Shown: in pieces, positions 63,641-64,000 of the stretch | How the letters are laid out: every line of letters begins with the position of its first letter | How positions within the stretch are numbered: the stretch's first letter is position 1 | NCBI RefSeq assembly: GCF_006345805.1 | Contig: NC_042998.1 | Coordinates: 25,792,001 to 25,856,000, forward strand | Direction: 5' to 3' | Length of the DNA stretch: 64,000 nt | Source of the DNA: Octopus sinensis | Taxonomy: Eukaryota | Program-made: the position numbers and the translations under genes | The notes under the pieces: model-generated | The model's input: only the letters and a program-made list of their open reading frames with translations | Told to the model about the DNA's origin: nothing | The model's database searches: none

Positions 63641-63764
63641 ATTACTTTCATATTTATGTAGAGTTATAATAAAACAATTTTACATTAAACTGAAGGATTA
63701 CGCAATATTTTGAAACTTCAAAGTGACTGTCACCATTCTTCTTTTTGTAATAATTATATATTTC

Positions 63765-63834
<70 letters not shown>

Positions 63835-64000
63835 CAAAATCAAAATCAAAATCAAAACAAATCAAAATAGATTAACATCAATGGAATTTGTATCTTGTGG
63901 TACCAGTGCCGGTGGCACACAAGAAAACCATCCGAACATGGCCGTAGCCAGTACTGCATCAACTGGCCTCCGTGCTGTGGGCACGTAACAAACACCATCC
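63835..64000 (+). mobile_element. Start of another copy of the 58.3 kb RTE-3'UTR unit (runs off the window)
   Basis: (AAATC)n-ATAGATTAACATCAATGGAATTTG... Confidence 0.85.

Overview
AT-rich, microsatellite-rich animal genomic DNA. The repeat landscape looks like an octopus or other coleoid cephalopod; this is an inference from the SINE/LINE families seen. No host gene can be confidently identified, only a few weak minus-strand exon candidates. The window is a patchwork of tRNA-derived SINEs, 3' ends of RTE and CR1 LINEs, two R4/Dong fragments, decayed Tc1/mariner elements, TTAA-flanked MITEs, non-autonomous Helitrons and a tandem pair of tRNA-Asp(GTC) copies. The most notable signal is that at least five unrelated short repeat families each carry a minimal type-I hammerhead-ribozyme (HHR) motif with a palindromic stem III. 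They sit as asymmetric inverted dimers (one arm has an extra 30-60 bp tail), and two of the families are bounded by clear 11-13 bp target-site duplications (TSDs). This is the architecture of Penelope-like elements (PLEs). The HHR cores covary at the 3-8 tertiary pair (C3-G8, U3-A8, G3-C8). One family also has a tRNA-like Pol III head, i.e. a candidate PLE-mobilised, ribozyme-bearing SINE. One of its insertions is a 2.7 kb palindrome carrying R4/Dong sequence inside a single TSD. All folds were derived by eye; activity, copy number and novelty are untested.
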